DNA from: an uncultured Chloroflexia bacterium
Lineage (GTDB): Bacteria; Chloroflexota; Limnocylindria; Limnocylindrales; CSP1-4
Assembly (NCBI GenBank): GCA_963749705.1
Contig: CAVVNQ010000010.1
Coordinates: forward strand, 32,001-96,000
Length of the DNA: 64,000 nt
Direction: 5' to 3'
How positions within the stretch are numbered: the first letter of the stretch is position 1; every line of letters starts with the position of its first letter. The notes below the pieces were generated by a model. The model made no database searches. It was given only the letters and a program-made list of their open reading frames with translations, and was not told the origin of the DNA. Both the position numbers and the translations under genes were made by a program. Shown piece by piece: positions 1-9,446 of the stretch.

Positions 1-549
1 CGCCATCGAGATCACGTTGGGATCGGCCGGGATCGATCGCGACGGCCAGGTCCCCGGACCCTCCGTCGCCGTCGCGCGAGCGACGAGCCCCCCCGGCCGG
101 TGCTCCCAGACGCCGACCAGCGCCGCCCCGGTCACGGAGCGGATCCGCTCGCACGCCTCATCCAGGGCCGGATCGAGGCCGCTCGGCAGCGACGCGACCT
201 CGGCCAGGTCCGCGAGCAGGTCGAACCCGGCCGGGCTCTCGGTGAGCGACGCGGGGACGGCGGCCTGCTGCCGCGGTTGGCGAAGGCCGGCGACGGACGC
301 CTCGGAGGGAATCTGGGGGCCGGACGCGGCCGCGGCAAGGAACCGCTGGAGATCTGCCTCGCGATACCGCCGGTCGCCGCGCTCGTTGATCCGGTAGTAG
401 CGCAGGCGTCCGGCGTCGCTCCAGGCACGCACGGTGTTCGCGTGCACGCCGAGGATGCGCGCCGCCCGCGTGACGGTCAGCGTGGCGTCCCCGGGACGTG
501 CGGCCCGGGGACTCGTGGTGGCGGTGTGGGATTTGTCAAGCTGCGCCAT
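1..549 (-). CDS. HTH_17/BldC-like (excisionase-type) DNA-binding domain followed by GAF-like sensor domain; runs off the window edge
   Basis: Not in ORF track. Hand translation from ATG 549: MAQLDK...LTVTRAARILGVHANTVRAWSDAGRLRYYRINERGDRRYREADLQRFL, then GAF-like LDEACERIRSVTGAALVGVWE; frame open to position 1. Confidence 0.8.
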   Translation of the reverse strand, partial: MAQLDKSHTATTSPRAARPGDATLTVTRAARILGVHANTVRAWSDAGRLRYYRINERGDRRYREADLQRFLAAAASGPQIPSEASVAGLRQPRQQAAVPASLTESPAGFDLLADLAEVASLPSGLDPALDEACERIRSVTGAALVGVWEHRPGGLVARATATEGPGTWPSRSIPADPNVISMA

Positions 550-679
550 CGGCTGCGACTCTCGCCTGCTTCACAGGAGTTGACAATAGGACCATGTTCC
601 CATGACGCGCCCGCGGCGCGCGCGCCAGGACACGGCGGGGTCGCGCCGGTGCCTCCGTCGCCGTCCGACGGCGCCTGCG

Positions 680-1609
680 TCAGGGCTCGGGCCGGTCCCG
701 CCGCGGACCGCCCGTCGCGCGCACGTAGAGCAGCGTCGCGACGAGGGCGAGTGCCGCGATCACCACGACCGCGACGATGGCCGCGAGCGGGTCGCCGACG
801 AGGCCCGGACCCTGGCCCGAGCTCCGGGGGTCGCCGAGCGCCGCGGTGGTGGGTACCGGCGATGCCGCCAGGACCGCCGGTGGCACGAGCGCGGTGCCCA
901 CGGCACCGACCAGGCCCCAGGCAACGGCGATGGCGATGAGCCCGACCCCGAGGGCCAGGAGCGCCGACGCGAGCAGGGTTGCTGGCCGGTGATCCGCCGC
1001 CAGCAGCCGCATCGCCTCGGCGCGCTCGAGGTTGGTCAGGATCAGGGGGCGACCGATGCCCGGCCGGAGCATCGGTCCCCGCTCCGGGTCGACCGTCGGC
1101 ACGCCCAGCGCCAGCGCATGCTCCACGCTGCTGAGCTGCTCGACGCGAAGTCGTACCGGCGTCTCGGGCGGCAGGTCCGCCGGCACCCGGTCGGGGATCT
1201 CACCCGCGGTGCCCTCCGCCTCACGGATCACCACGAGCAGCCCGTCGTCCAGGTCGCCGCCGTCGATCCCGATCGTGTCCAGGCCCTCGGAGAGCTCGAA
1301 TGGCACCGCCTCGCGGACGTCCTCCAGGGCCGTCCAGGTGGACCCGCCTCCGCGCTCCAGCCGGGTGCGGCGGTAGACGAGCGGCCGCTGGTGCTCGTCC
1401 TCGAACTCCGCGTCCGCCTCGATCCGTCCGGTGACCGCGACGTACCGCGGCCGCCCGCTCCCGGCAAGGGCGCGCGCATCCGCGATCCCGATCAGCGGCG
1501 TGGCCGCGAGGATCCGGCCAAGGCGAGCGTTGGGACCCAGGCGCCGCAACGCCACCCAGCCGCCGGCGAGCGCGACGACACCGGCGGCGATCAGGACCTG
1601 GGGGATCAC
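680..1609 (-). CDS. Hypothetical membrane protein (N- and C-terminal TM helices around a soluble, possibly GIDE-like domain)
   Basis: ORF 680..1669, start moved to GTG 1609 (VIPQVLIAAG); clear hydrophobic segments. Confidence 0.65.
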   Translation of the reverse strand: MIPQVLIAAGVVALAGGWVALRRLGPNARLGRILAATPLIGIADARALAGSGRPRYVAVTGRIEADAEFEDEHQRPLVYRRTRLERGGGSTWTALEDVREAVPFELSEGLDTIGIDGGDLDDGLLVVIREAEGTAGEIPDRVPADLPPETPVRLRVEQLSSVEHALALGVPTVDPERGPMLRPGIGRPLILTNLERAEAMRLLAADHRPATLLASALLALGVGLIAIAVAWGLVGAVGTALVPPAVLAASPVPTTAALGDPRSSGQGPGLVGDPLAAIVAVVVIAALALVATLLYVRATGGPRRDRPEP

Positions 1610-1872
1610 CCGGCGATCATACCGGCCGCCCCGGGCCGGAGCCGTGGCGAACCAAGCGCCGGGAATCAATACGCCCGAAGGAACCTACTCGACGCGTGGG
1701 CGTTGATGTCATCGCCGCCGTTAGCATCGCTCGGCCCCTTCGGGCTGCATCCAACGCTACGCTCGGCCGGTGCCGGGGTCAATGCGCTTATCCACCCCGG
1801 ACCGCCTCGTCCTCCCGATCTGTCCACCGGCCGTCCACAGCGCGGGCTCGACGGACAGCCGGGACGCACGCC

Positions 1873-2445
1873 TCAGCCGGCGTCGCGGCCCGTCCGCGGG
1901 TCGATCGCCCGGACCTGGTCGTCGAAGCTGGTCAGGACCAGCCGCCCGCCCACGAGCTCCGCGCCGGTCACGACGTCGGAGTGGGCGACTCGCCAGGCGA
2001 CATCCCCGTCAGCCTCGATGGCGAACGTCTCGATCTCCGCCTGCACGATCACGTGCGGCAGCCTCGACGATCCCAGGACGACCAGGATCGGCGTGGCGGA
2101 GCGATGGCTCCAGCGCAGCTCGCCCGACCGGGCCTCGAACGCGTAGGCGTGGAACCCGAACTTGACGACGAGCAGCGCCTCGGTGTCCCACAGCAGGCCG
2201 GCCGGCTCATCGCTGATGAGCGACGCGAGACGAACCGTCCAGGGCCCGCCCGGCGTCTCCACCCGGATCTCCGCGCGGCAGCGCGCGTCGGGGTCGGGCC
2301 CGGCAAGGTCGCCGAGATCGACCAGCGACCCGCCCGCCTCGGTCAGCGCGAACACCGCGGCGGACTGGCCGGAGCCCGCCCAGCGCATGCTCGCCCGGAT
2401 GCCACCGGGAAACTGGATGACCGCGTGGCCGGGCTCGGGAGCCAT
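1873..2445 (-). CDS. Hypothetical protein with PQQ-like beta-propeller repeats
   Basis: AFEARSGELRWSH and AIEADGDVAWRV repeats typical of PQQ-type blades. Confidence 0.6.
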   Translation of the reverse strand: MAPEPGHAVIQFPGGIRASMRWAGSGQSAAVFALTEAGGSLVDLGDLAGPDPDARCRAEIRVETPGGPWTVRLASLISDEPAGLLWDTEALLVVKFGFHAYAFEARSGELRWSHRSATPILVVLGSSRLPHVIVQAEIETFAIEADGDVAWRVAHSDVVTGAELVGGRLVLTSFDDQVRAIDPRTGRDAG

Positions 2446-2454
2446 GTCCGGCGC

Positions 2455-3027
2455 CTACGCGCCGGCGTTCTGCGCTGCGGGCGGGTTCCCGAGACCGGCT
2501 CCCTCGGCCAGGACGTCGGCCTGCCGGCGCTCCTCGCAGATGGGCGCGACGTGCGCGTTGGCCAGCATCCGCAAAGTCGCCGGCGGGACCGCGAACACGG
2601 CGGTCGGCGTGCCCGCGGCAGCCCACACGACGGGGAAGCGGCCGAGATCGGGATCCATGATCACGCGCAGCGCGCGGGGGTGGCCGATCGGGGGGATGCC
2701 GCCGATGACGTACCCGGTCAGCTCCCGCGCCTCGTTCGCCGTTGCACGCCGCACGTCGGGCTCGCCGGAGACGGCGGCCAGCCGTGCCAGGTCCACGCGG
2801 TTGGGACCAGAGACGAGGCACAGGATCGGCTCGATCGTGGCGTCCTCGCGCGGCGCGGCGAACACCAGCGACTTGACGATCTGGCCCAGCTCGGCGCCGA
2901 CGGCCGCGGCCGCTTCCTCCGCGGTGTGCGTCGATTCGGAGAAGACCCTGATGTCGAGCGCGACACCCTTGCGGGCGGCGGCATCGACGACCCGTTGGAT
3001 CGGCGCGTTGGGTGGGGTCTCGGGCAC
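2455..3027 (-). CDS. YbaK/EbsC family aminoacyl-tRNA deacylase
   Basis: THTAEEAAAAVGAELGQIVKSL and TGYVIGGIPPIGH motifs; GTG start 3027. Confidence 0.9.
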   Translation of the reverse strand: MPETPPNAPIQRVVDAAARKGVALDIRVFSESTHTAEEAAAAVGAELGQIVKSLVFAAPREDATIEPILCLVSGPNRVDLARLAAVSGEPDVRRATANEARELTGYVIGGIPPIGHPRALRVIMDPDLGRFPVVWAAAGTPTAVFAVPPATLRMLANAHVAPICEERRQADVLAEGAGLGNPPAAQNAGA

Positions 3028-3088
3028 GGCCGGGAGTCTACACGACGCGGCGTTCTGAACGCGCGGTCCGAGCGCTACGATCCGTTGC

Positions 3089-3835
3089 ATGCCCAACGGA
3101 GACCGGCGCGAAACAGCAGCCACGGGCGCGGCCCGGCATGTCGTGGTCGTCGCGGACGGCGATGTGCCCACCCGGGTGGAGCTGGACGCTGCGTGGCCCG
3201 GGTGGGCGGAGGGCATCGGAGAGGTGATCGCCGCCGACGGTGGCCTCGCCCGAGCGCCGGTCGCCGGGCTGACGCCCACCCTGCTGGTCGGCGACCTCGA
3301 CTCGCTCAGCCCCGAGCTCGTCGCGGAGGCAGCGTCCAGGGGTCTGCCCATCGAGCGCGCCGCCGTCACCAAGGACGAGTCGGATGCGGAGCTCGCGATG
3401 CTCGCCGCGGTCGCCCGCGGCGCCACCCGGATCACGGTGCTCGGCGCGTTCGGCGGCCCGCGGCTGGACCATGCGCTGGCCAACCTGTGGTTGCTCGCGC
3501 ACCCGGCGCTGGCGACGGCCGACGTCGTGCTGCTCGATGCGGGCTCGCGCGTCACGCTCATCGCCGCCCCGGGTCCGGAGGGGCAGCCGGTCACCCGCCG
3601 GCTGGCCGGGCGCCCGGGCGCGCTCGTCTCGCTGCTTCCGTTCGCCGGGGACGTGGACGGCGTGACGACGCGTGGCCTCCGCTACGCGCTCGTCGACGAG
3701 CCGCTGCTGATCGGTCCGGCGCGCGGCCTGTCGAACGTTCGCCTCCGAGCGGATGCCGCCGTGACGGTGCGCCGGGGACGGCTCGTGGTCATCGAGACCG
3801 CCGCAATCCGGAGCGGGCTATCCTCCGTGTCATGA
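3089..3835 (+). CDS. thiN: Thiamine diphosphokinase
   Basis: IAADGG, VGDLDS, KDESDAELA, GGPRLDHALAN, RGLSN motifs. Confidence 0.92.
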   Translation: MPNGDRRETAATGAARHVVVVADGDVPTRVELDAAWPGWAEGIGEVIAADGGLARAPVAGLTPTLLVGDLDSLSPELVAEAASRGLPIERAAVTKDESDAELAMLAAVARGATRITVLGAFGGPRLDHALANLWLLAHPALATADVVLLDAGSRVTLIAAPGPEGQPVTRRLAGRPGALVSLLPFAGDVDGVTTRGLRYALVDEPLLIGPARGLSNVRLRADAAVTVRRGRLVVIETAAIRSGLSSVS

Positions 3836-4317
3836 CCATGCCGACAGCCGGTGATCCGGCGCCCCCGCTCTCGCTCCCCGACGAGCATGGCACGATCCAC
3901 AGCCTTGCCGACCGGCGCGGCGCGTGGACCGTCGTCTACTTCTACCCCGCCGACGACACGCCCGGGTGCACCACAGAGGCCTGCCAGTTCCGCGACCTGT
4001 ACCAGGACGTGCTGGCCATCGGCGCCGAGATCTGGGCGATCAGCCCGGACGACGCCGCAAGCCACGCCGCATTCCGGGCGAAGTACACCCTGCCGTTCAC
4101 ACTGCTCTCGGACGTCGACCATGCGGTCGCCGAGGCCTACGGCGCCTGGCAGGAGAAGCAAAACTACGGTCGGACCTACATGGGCATCGTCCGCTCGAGC
4201 TTCCTGGTCGATCCGGATGGGAGGCTCGCGACCGTGTGGCCCAAGGTCAAGGCGGACGGCCACGCGGCGCTCGTCCTGACGGCGCTCCAGACGGCGATGC
4301 GCGAGCGCGGCGACTGA
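3832..4317 (+). CDS. bcp: Thioredoxin-dependent thiol peroxidase (BCP/PrxQ)
   Basis: YFYPADDTPGCTTEAC motif; ATGA overlap with thiN stop. Confidence 0.93.
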   Translation: MTMPTAGDPAPPLSLPDEHGTIHSLADRRGAWTVVYFYPADDTPGCTTEACQFRDLYQDVLAIGAEIWAISPDDAASHAAFRAKYTLPFTLLSDVDHAVAEAYGAWQEKQNYGRTYMGIVRSSFLVDPDGRLATVWPKVKADGHAALVLTALQTAMRERGD

Positions 4318-4333
4318 CCCACGGGCAGCAAAG

Positions 4334-4369
4334 AAGGCTTCGCTCGTGGGGGGAGACGAGCGAAGCCTC
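4334..4369 (-). ncRNA. Candidate tiny hairpin RNA, copy 1 (14-bp stem, CUCCCCCC loop)
   Basis: Minus strand GAGGCTTCGCTCGT-CTCCCCCC-ACGAGCGAAGCCTT-CTTTGCTGCCC, 6 nt after TG-n-TACTTT (-10 at 4376-4381); similar element at 26210. Confidence 0.5.
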
Positions 4370-4462
4370 GATCGGAAAGTAGCACAACAGGAACTGCAAT
4401 GCATCTGCAATCCCGACCGCCAGAACGGTCCCGCGGCATCGCGATCGCGAGGTCCCGCCGAC

Positions 4463-5263
4463 ATGCCCGATGACGCCCGCGCACGCTCCCACCCCTGGCG
4501 CCCGGCGCGCTTCATGGTCATCGTGGCACACCCCGACGACGCCGACTTCGGGCCGGCGGCGACGGCCGCCAGGTGGATCGATGAAGGGTCTGAGGGCTGG
4601 CTCGTGTGCTGCACCAGTGGCGATGCCGGCGCCGACGACTGGACGACCGATCCGCTCGAGCTGGCAGCGGTGCGCGAGGTCGAGCAGCGTGCCGCGGCGG
4701 CGATCATCGGCTACGCCGGCGTGAGCTTCCTCCACCAGCCGGATGGCGGGCTGGCCAACGACCTCGCCCTTCGCGAGCAGCTGGTGCGCGAGATCCGGAC
4801 CTTCCGTCCCGATGCCGTGCTTGCCGTCGACCCGGAGGCCCTGTTCCACGGGGACCATGGCGTCAACCACTCGGACCACCGGGCGGCGGGGATCGCGGCC
4901 GTGGATGCCGTCTACCCGGCTGCGAGGAACGCCATGGCCTTCCCGTGGCTGGCGCGCGACGGGCTTGCCCCGCACCGCGTCCGCCGGCTGTACCTGTTCT
5001 GGTCGAACCAGCCCTCGGCGTGGATCGACGTCAGCGGCACGCTCGAGCGCAAGCTCGACGCCCTGCGCGCGCATGCCAGCCAGCTCCGGCGCCCGGCGGA
5101 GCTGGAGCAGCGGATCCGGGAGTGGGCCCGCGAGGAGGGCGAGCCACTGGGCGTCGAGGCTGCCGAGGCGCTGCGCGTCATCGTGATCGACGATGACGAC
5201 GACACGACCCCGCCGGCGGGTGAGACATCGCCGGACGAGGCAACGGACGCGACCGGGGCCTGA
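4463..5263 (+). CDS. PIG-L/LmbE family deacetylase
   Basis: AHPDDAD, NHSDHR, KLDALRAHASQ motifs. Confidence 0.92.
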   Translation: MPDDARARSHPWRPARFMVIVAHPDDADFGPAATAARWIDEGSEGWLVCCTSGDAGADDWTTDPLELAAVREVEQRAAAAIIGYAGVSFLHQPDGGLANDLALREQLVREIRTFRPDAVLAVDPEALFHGDHGVNHSDHRAAGIAAVDAVYPAARNAMAFPWLARDGLAPHRVRRLYLFWSNQPSAWIDVSGTLERKLDALRAHASQLRRPAELEQRIREWAREEGEPLGVEAAEALRVIVIDDDDDTTPPAGETSPDEATDATGA

Positions 5264-5278
5264 CCAGGGGCGGCGGGC

Positions 5279-7096
5279 TCAGCCTTCGCCGATCAGCGCC
5301 GGACGGACCCGGCCCCACGCGTTCCAGACATCGGCGAGCTCGGCTGCTCGCCCGCCGAGCGCGTCGACCATCCGGCCGAGCGACAGGTCCCCGGCCTCGT
5401 CGACCAGCCATTCGTCGGCGGCCACCGAGGCCTCGGCGAACAGGCCGGCCAGCTCGGACTCCCGAGGCCAGTTCCGGATCCGCATCCGGTCCAGCCCCGC
5501 GTAGCCGACCGCGAGCGACAGATCCCGCTGCGCCGGGACGCGACCGTCGGCAAAGCCACCGATCCCGTCGAACCGGTACCCAAGCGCCGACAGCGCAGCA
5601 ACGATCTCTCGCTGCTCGCGGCGATTGAACAGGCCCCAGAAGCCGTCCTCGGGCAGCCGCAGGTACCCCGCTTCGATCGCGCGGGCGACGATCGCGTCCA
5701 CCAGGCCGGCGATCCGCAGCTGCCACTCGGGGGCGGTCTCGGGTCCCGGTTCCGCGAGCACCGCGACCAGACGCTCGAGCGCCTGCCGGTCGCCGCGCAG
5801 GATCCGGATCACGGGCGCCGAGTCGCTGTCGCTGGCGAGCACGTCGGCGGGCACCGGAAGGGGCTCCTCCCGCTCGGTCGGCCACACGCCGTCCAGGGTC
5901 GAGGCGACGCGTTCGGGAGCGGCCACGGCAGCCGCCGCGGCCGCCGACTGGCTGGCGGCGCGGATCGCCTGCTCCTCGCATCGGGCCAGCGCGGTCCGGG
6001 CGTCGTGGCAGGCCGCGTCCGCGGTCTCGGCGGTGATCCGCGCGACGTCCGCCTCGACCGCGACGCGATCCAGGCCGGGCAGCAGCTCGCGCAGCTGCGC
6101 ACCGCCCGCCTGGACGGTGTGGGCCGCGTCCCGCGCTGCGGTGTTGAGGCGATTGACCTGGGTGAGCCACTCGCGGGCCGCGGCCTCGGCCTGCTCGGGG
6201 CTCGTGGCGCTCGCCCTGGCCGACCGGAACGCCCGATGCAGCGCGTCCTTCGAGGCGCGGATCTCCCGCGGATCAGACTGGGTCTGCGCCTGCTCGACGC
6301 GCTCTCGGAGCTCGTCGTAGGCGCGCTGCGCCTCGCGCAGCGCCTCGGCGGCACGTCGTGCCTGCTCGCGGGCTGCATCGGCAAGCGCACACCGCTCGCG
6401 GACGAGATGCCGCTCGGTCGCGCAGGTCGCGCTGGCGTCGTCCCCCGCCTCGGGGCCGTCGGCAGGGGTGCTGGCGCTCGCAGACTCCCCTGGGGCGTCC
6501 CCGGGGGGCTCCTCGGCGGTCATCGCGACAGGCGCAACGCGTGCGCCCGAAGGGATGGCTGTTGCATTCGGCGCCTCCGGATCGATGCGAATCGCAACCG
6601 CAGTCTGACCGATTCCGGGCCTCACCGCCGCCGTCGGCCTCGCGCGCACGGCGACCCCCGCCGGCACGCGATCGGCGTCACGCGACACCCGATCCGGTGC
6701 GGCGGTGGCCTGAACGTCCGGCGGCGCGCCTCGGCCCACCGGGACCGCGACCGCCGCCGCGTGGATCTCGGCGGGGGCGGATGGAACACGCGTTCGAGCG
6801 GCGCGGTCGCGGCCGCTGCTGCTCGTGCGCTGCCGGCCGTCTCCGGTGAGGCCGGCAAGGCGGCGCTCGAGCCAGTCGTCGTCTCCCGGCGAGCCGGGTA
6901 TCAGGATCCGCCCGGCGGCAGGATCGGCGGACGCCAGGGTCGTCGCGCGACGCGGGACGATCGAGTTCGGGGAGACAGTGATCCGGACCTCCCGGCGACG
7001 GGCCGGATGGTTGCGTCGGACCCCGAACAGCGCGGCACCGAACGCGGCGCCGACCGCGAGGCCCATGGCGAGAAACGCGATCTCGGAGGGGCTCAC
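5279..7096 (-). CDS. Hypothetical membrane-anchored coiled-coil protein
   Basis: 605-aa ORF, AAGGAGG SD, N-terminal TM, low-complexity linker, Ala/Glu/Arg helical region, globular C-terminus. Confidence 0.75.
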   Translation of the reverse strand: MSPSEIAFLAMGLAVGAAFGAALFGVRRNHPARRREVRITVSPNSIVPRRATTLASADPAAGRILIPGSPGDDDWLERRLAGLTGDGRQRTSSSGRDRAARTRVPSAPAEIHAAAVAVPVGRGAPPDVQATAAPDRVSRDADRVPAGVAVRARPTAAVRPGIGQTAVAIRIDPEAPNATAIPSGARVAPVAMTAEEPPGDAPGESASASTPADGPEAGDDASATCATERHLVRERCALADAAREQARRAAEALREAQRAYDELRERVEQAQTQSDPREIRASKDALHRAFRSARASATSPEQAEAAAREWLTQVNRLNTAARDAAHTVQAGGAQLRELLPGLDRVAVEADVARITAETADAACHDARTALARCEEQAIRAASQSAAAAAAVAAPERVASTLDGVWPTEREEPLPVPADVLASDSDSAPVIRILRGDRQALERLVAVLAEPGPETAPEWQLRIAGLVDAIVARAIEAGYLRLPEDGFWGLFNRREQREIVAALSALGYRFDGIGGFADGRVPAQRDLSLAVGYAGLDRMRIRNWPRESELAGLFAEASVAADEWLVDEAGDLSLGRMVDALGGRAAELADVWNAWGRVRPALIGEG

Positions 7097-7140
7097 GTGC
7101 CTCCTTGGGGCGCCCGAGAGGGAGCCTGTCGAACGCGGCC

Positions 7141-7185
7141 AGCGTAGCTGCGGCCCGTGGCGTCGTCAACTTGACGACGCCACGG
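7141..7185 (-). promoter_or_regulatory. Sigma70-type promoter with -35 embedded in a 31-bp perfect palindrome
   Basis: Minus strand TTGACG-17 nt-TACGCT; palindrome CCGTGGCGTCGTCAA-C-TTGACGACGCCACGG at 7155-7185. Confidence 0.6.
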
Positions 7186-7610
7186 CGTCTGGATCGACCG
7201 TTGCCTGCGGCGCCACGAAACCGCCGTGCGGCCCGTGGACGAGGGATCTGGCGCCCGGATGCGGTCCGCGACCCTGCTGCAGCGGACTTCCGTTGGCTGT
7301 GAGGCCACGAATCCACCCGCATACCCGGCCGATCACCTGGGGATGGGCGTTCTCGTGGCCCGACAGGCCACAGACCGGTGCGCCCCGGTCCGCGGATGGC
7401 CGCGGACCGGTCGGGCGGTCGCCGCGCGGCACCTGGGACCGCCCGGCTGGCCAACCGACGGCCTGGTGGCCCTCTGAAACGGGCCGGTTGGCCTGCGCCG
7501 CCGTGCACGTGCGGCCGTGGCTTGGTAGATTCCAACGCACGGGCGGCGGCTGCGCCGCCTTCGTTTTCCGTCGCCCTGCCGAGCCATCGCTGGAAAGGCA
7601 CGTCCGCTTC

Positions 7611-9446
7611 GTGGCCATCGACCAGTCCCAGGAATTTCTCGTTCAACCGGTCGACGCGTCCTGGCTTCAATGCAACATCGAATGCCAGGAGGCATGCCCC
7701 GTCGGCACCAACTGCCGGGGCTACCTCAACCTCGCCGCCGAGGGACGCTTCGAGGAGGGGTACATCCTGTCGCGCGAGCCGAACCCGGTCGCTGCGATGT
7801 GCTCGTACGTCTGCTCCGCGCCGTGTGAGCGCGCGTGCCGCCGCGGTGACATCGATCGGCCGCTCGCCATCCGGGCCATGAAGCGGTTCCTGGTCGAATG
7901 GCACGAGGCGTCCGGGATCCCCGACGTGATGCCCCAGATCACGCCTCGTGACGAGCGCGTCGCGGTCGTCGGCGCCGGTCCGGCGGGACTTGCCGTCGCC
8001 CGCGAGCTGGCCACCCGCGGATACCGGGTGACCGTCTACGACAGCCTGCCGTTCGCGGGCGGGACGATGCTGGTCGGGGTGCCGGCGTTCCGGCTGCCGC
8101 GCGAGGCGATCGAGATGGACGTCCGCCTGGTCGAGCGGCTGGGCGTGCGGTTCGTGTTCGATACCAGCATCGGCATCGACATCCCGTTCGAGGATCTCCA
8201 GCGCGACCACGACGCGATCGCGATCACGGCCGGCGCGATGAACCCGGTGTATCTCGACGTGCCGGGTGCGGACCTCGACGGCGTCCAGTACGGCGTCGAC
8301 TTCATGAAGAAGGCGAACCTCGGCCAGGACCTGACCGTCGGTCGCAACGTGGTGGTCATCGGCGGCGGCTACACGGCCATGGACTGCTCGCGGACCAGCC
8401 TTCGCTACGGCGCCGAGAACGTGACCATCGCCTATCGCCGGACGCGGTCCGAGCTCGTCGTGGACGAGGAGGAGCTGGGCGAGACCGAGCGCGAGGGCGT
8501 GAACCTCGAGTTCCTGGTCAGCCCGATCGAGCTCACCGGCGAGGACGGCAGGCTGACCGGCGTGCGGTTCATCCGAAACCGGCTGGGCGAGCCCGACGCC
8601 TCCGGCCGCCGGTCGCCAATCCCCATCCCGGGATCCGAGTTCGTGGTCCCCGCGGACACGGTGATCCCCGCGGTCTCCCAGGCGGCCGACCTGAGCTTCC
8701 TCCCTGTCGAGGCGAACTTCGAGGTCAACCGCGGGCGGCTCAAGGTCGACCCCGCGACGTACGCAACGAACATCCGGGGCGTGTTCGCGTGCGGCGACTT
8801 CGTGACCGGGCCCACCACCCTGATCGAGGCGGCCGGCCACGGCAAGAAGGCGGCCTACGCCGTCGATCGGTACCTCGCCGGCCGGACCGACGTGACGGTC
8901 AGCCCGAACGTCAAGATCACCAGCTCCTGGCGCCATGACATGCCGGAGCTGTACGACGTCCTGCCCCGTCAGCACATCCCGATGGTGGAGCTGCCCGCGC
9001 GGATGCCGTCCACCGATCCGACGGTGAACTTCACGACCCCCGTCGAGCTCGGATACGACGGGACCGCGGCGGTGGCCGAGTCCACCCGCTGCCTGATGTG
9101 CAACTACAACATCTGGTTCGACCCGTTCCGGTGCGTGCTGTGCGGCGCGTGCGCCGACGTCTGCCCGGAGGGGGTCATCCACATGGTGGACGTGAACCAG
9201 CTCAAGACCGAGGGGCTGCAGCCCGAGATCGAGGAGTCCTACGGCTGGTCCCAGGGGGCCGCCATGATCCTCGACGAGGAGCGGTGCATCCGATGTGCGC
9301 TGTGCGTCAAGCGCTGTCCCTTCGATGCCATCACCATGGAGCGGTTCGAGCTCCAGGAGATCTCGAGCGACGGGCGGCTCTACAAGGAGTCGTACCGTGA
9401 TGCCCAACTCGCCGGAACGGCCGGCGTGGCAGGAGGAGCCAGGTGA
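7611..9446 (+). CDS. GltD/NfnB-like FAD/NAD(P) oxidoreductase with N-terminal Fe-S domain and C-terminal 2[4Fe-4S] ferredoxin domain
   Basis: CQEACP...[13 protein letters not shown]; VGAGPAG and IGGGYTA Rossmann motifs; [12 protein letters not shown] and [12 protein letters not shown]; GGAAAGG SD before GTG 7611. Confidence 0.9.
   Translation: MAIDQSQEFLVQPVDASWLQCNIECQEACPVGTNCRGYLNLAAEGRFEEGYILSREPNPVAAMCSYVCSAPCERACRRGDIDRPLAIRAMKRFLVEWHEASGIPDVMPQITPRDERVAVVGAGPAGLAVARELATRGYRVTVYDSLPFAGGTMLVGVPAFRLPREAIEMDVRLVERLGVRFVFDTSIGIDIPFEDLQRDHDAIAITAGAMNPVYLDVPGADLDGVQYGVDFMKKANLGQDLTVGRNVVVIGGGYTAMDCSRTSLRYGAENVTIAYRRTRSELVVDEEELGETEREGVNLEFLVSPIELTGEDGRLTGVRFIRNRLGEPDASGRRSPIPIPGSEFVVPADTVIPAVSQAADLSFLPVEANFEVNRGRLKVDPATYATNIRGVFACGDFVTGPTTLIEAAGHGKKAAYAVDRYLAGRTDVTVSPNVKITSSWRHDMPELYDVLPRQHIPMVELPARMPSTDPTVNFTTPVELGYDGTAAVAESTRCLMCNYNIWFDPFRCVLCGACADVCPEGVIHMVDVNQLKTEGLQPEIEESYGWSQGAAMILDEERCIRCALCVKRCPFDAITMERFELQEISSDGRLYKESYRDAQLAGTAGVAGGAR

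Noticed and set aside
7200-7360. Repeated GCCACGA words as a Rex or other operator for the bc operon
   Set aside because: Irregular spacing and no match to TGTGA-N-TCACA; compatible with chance.
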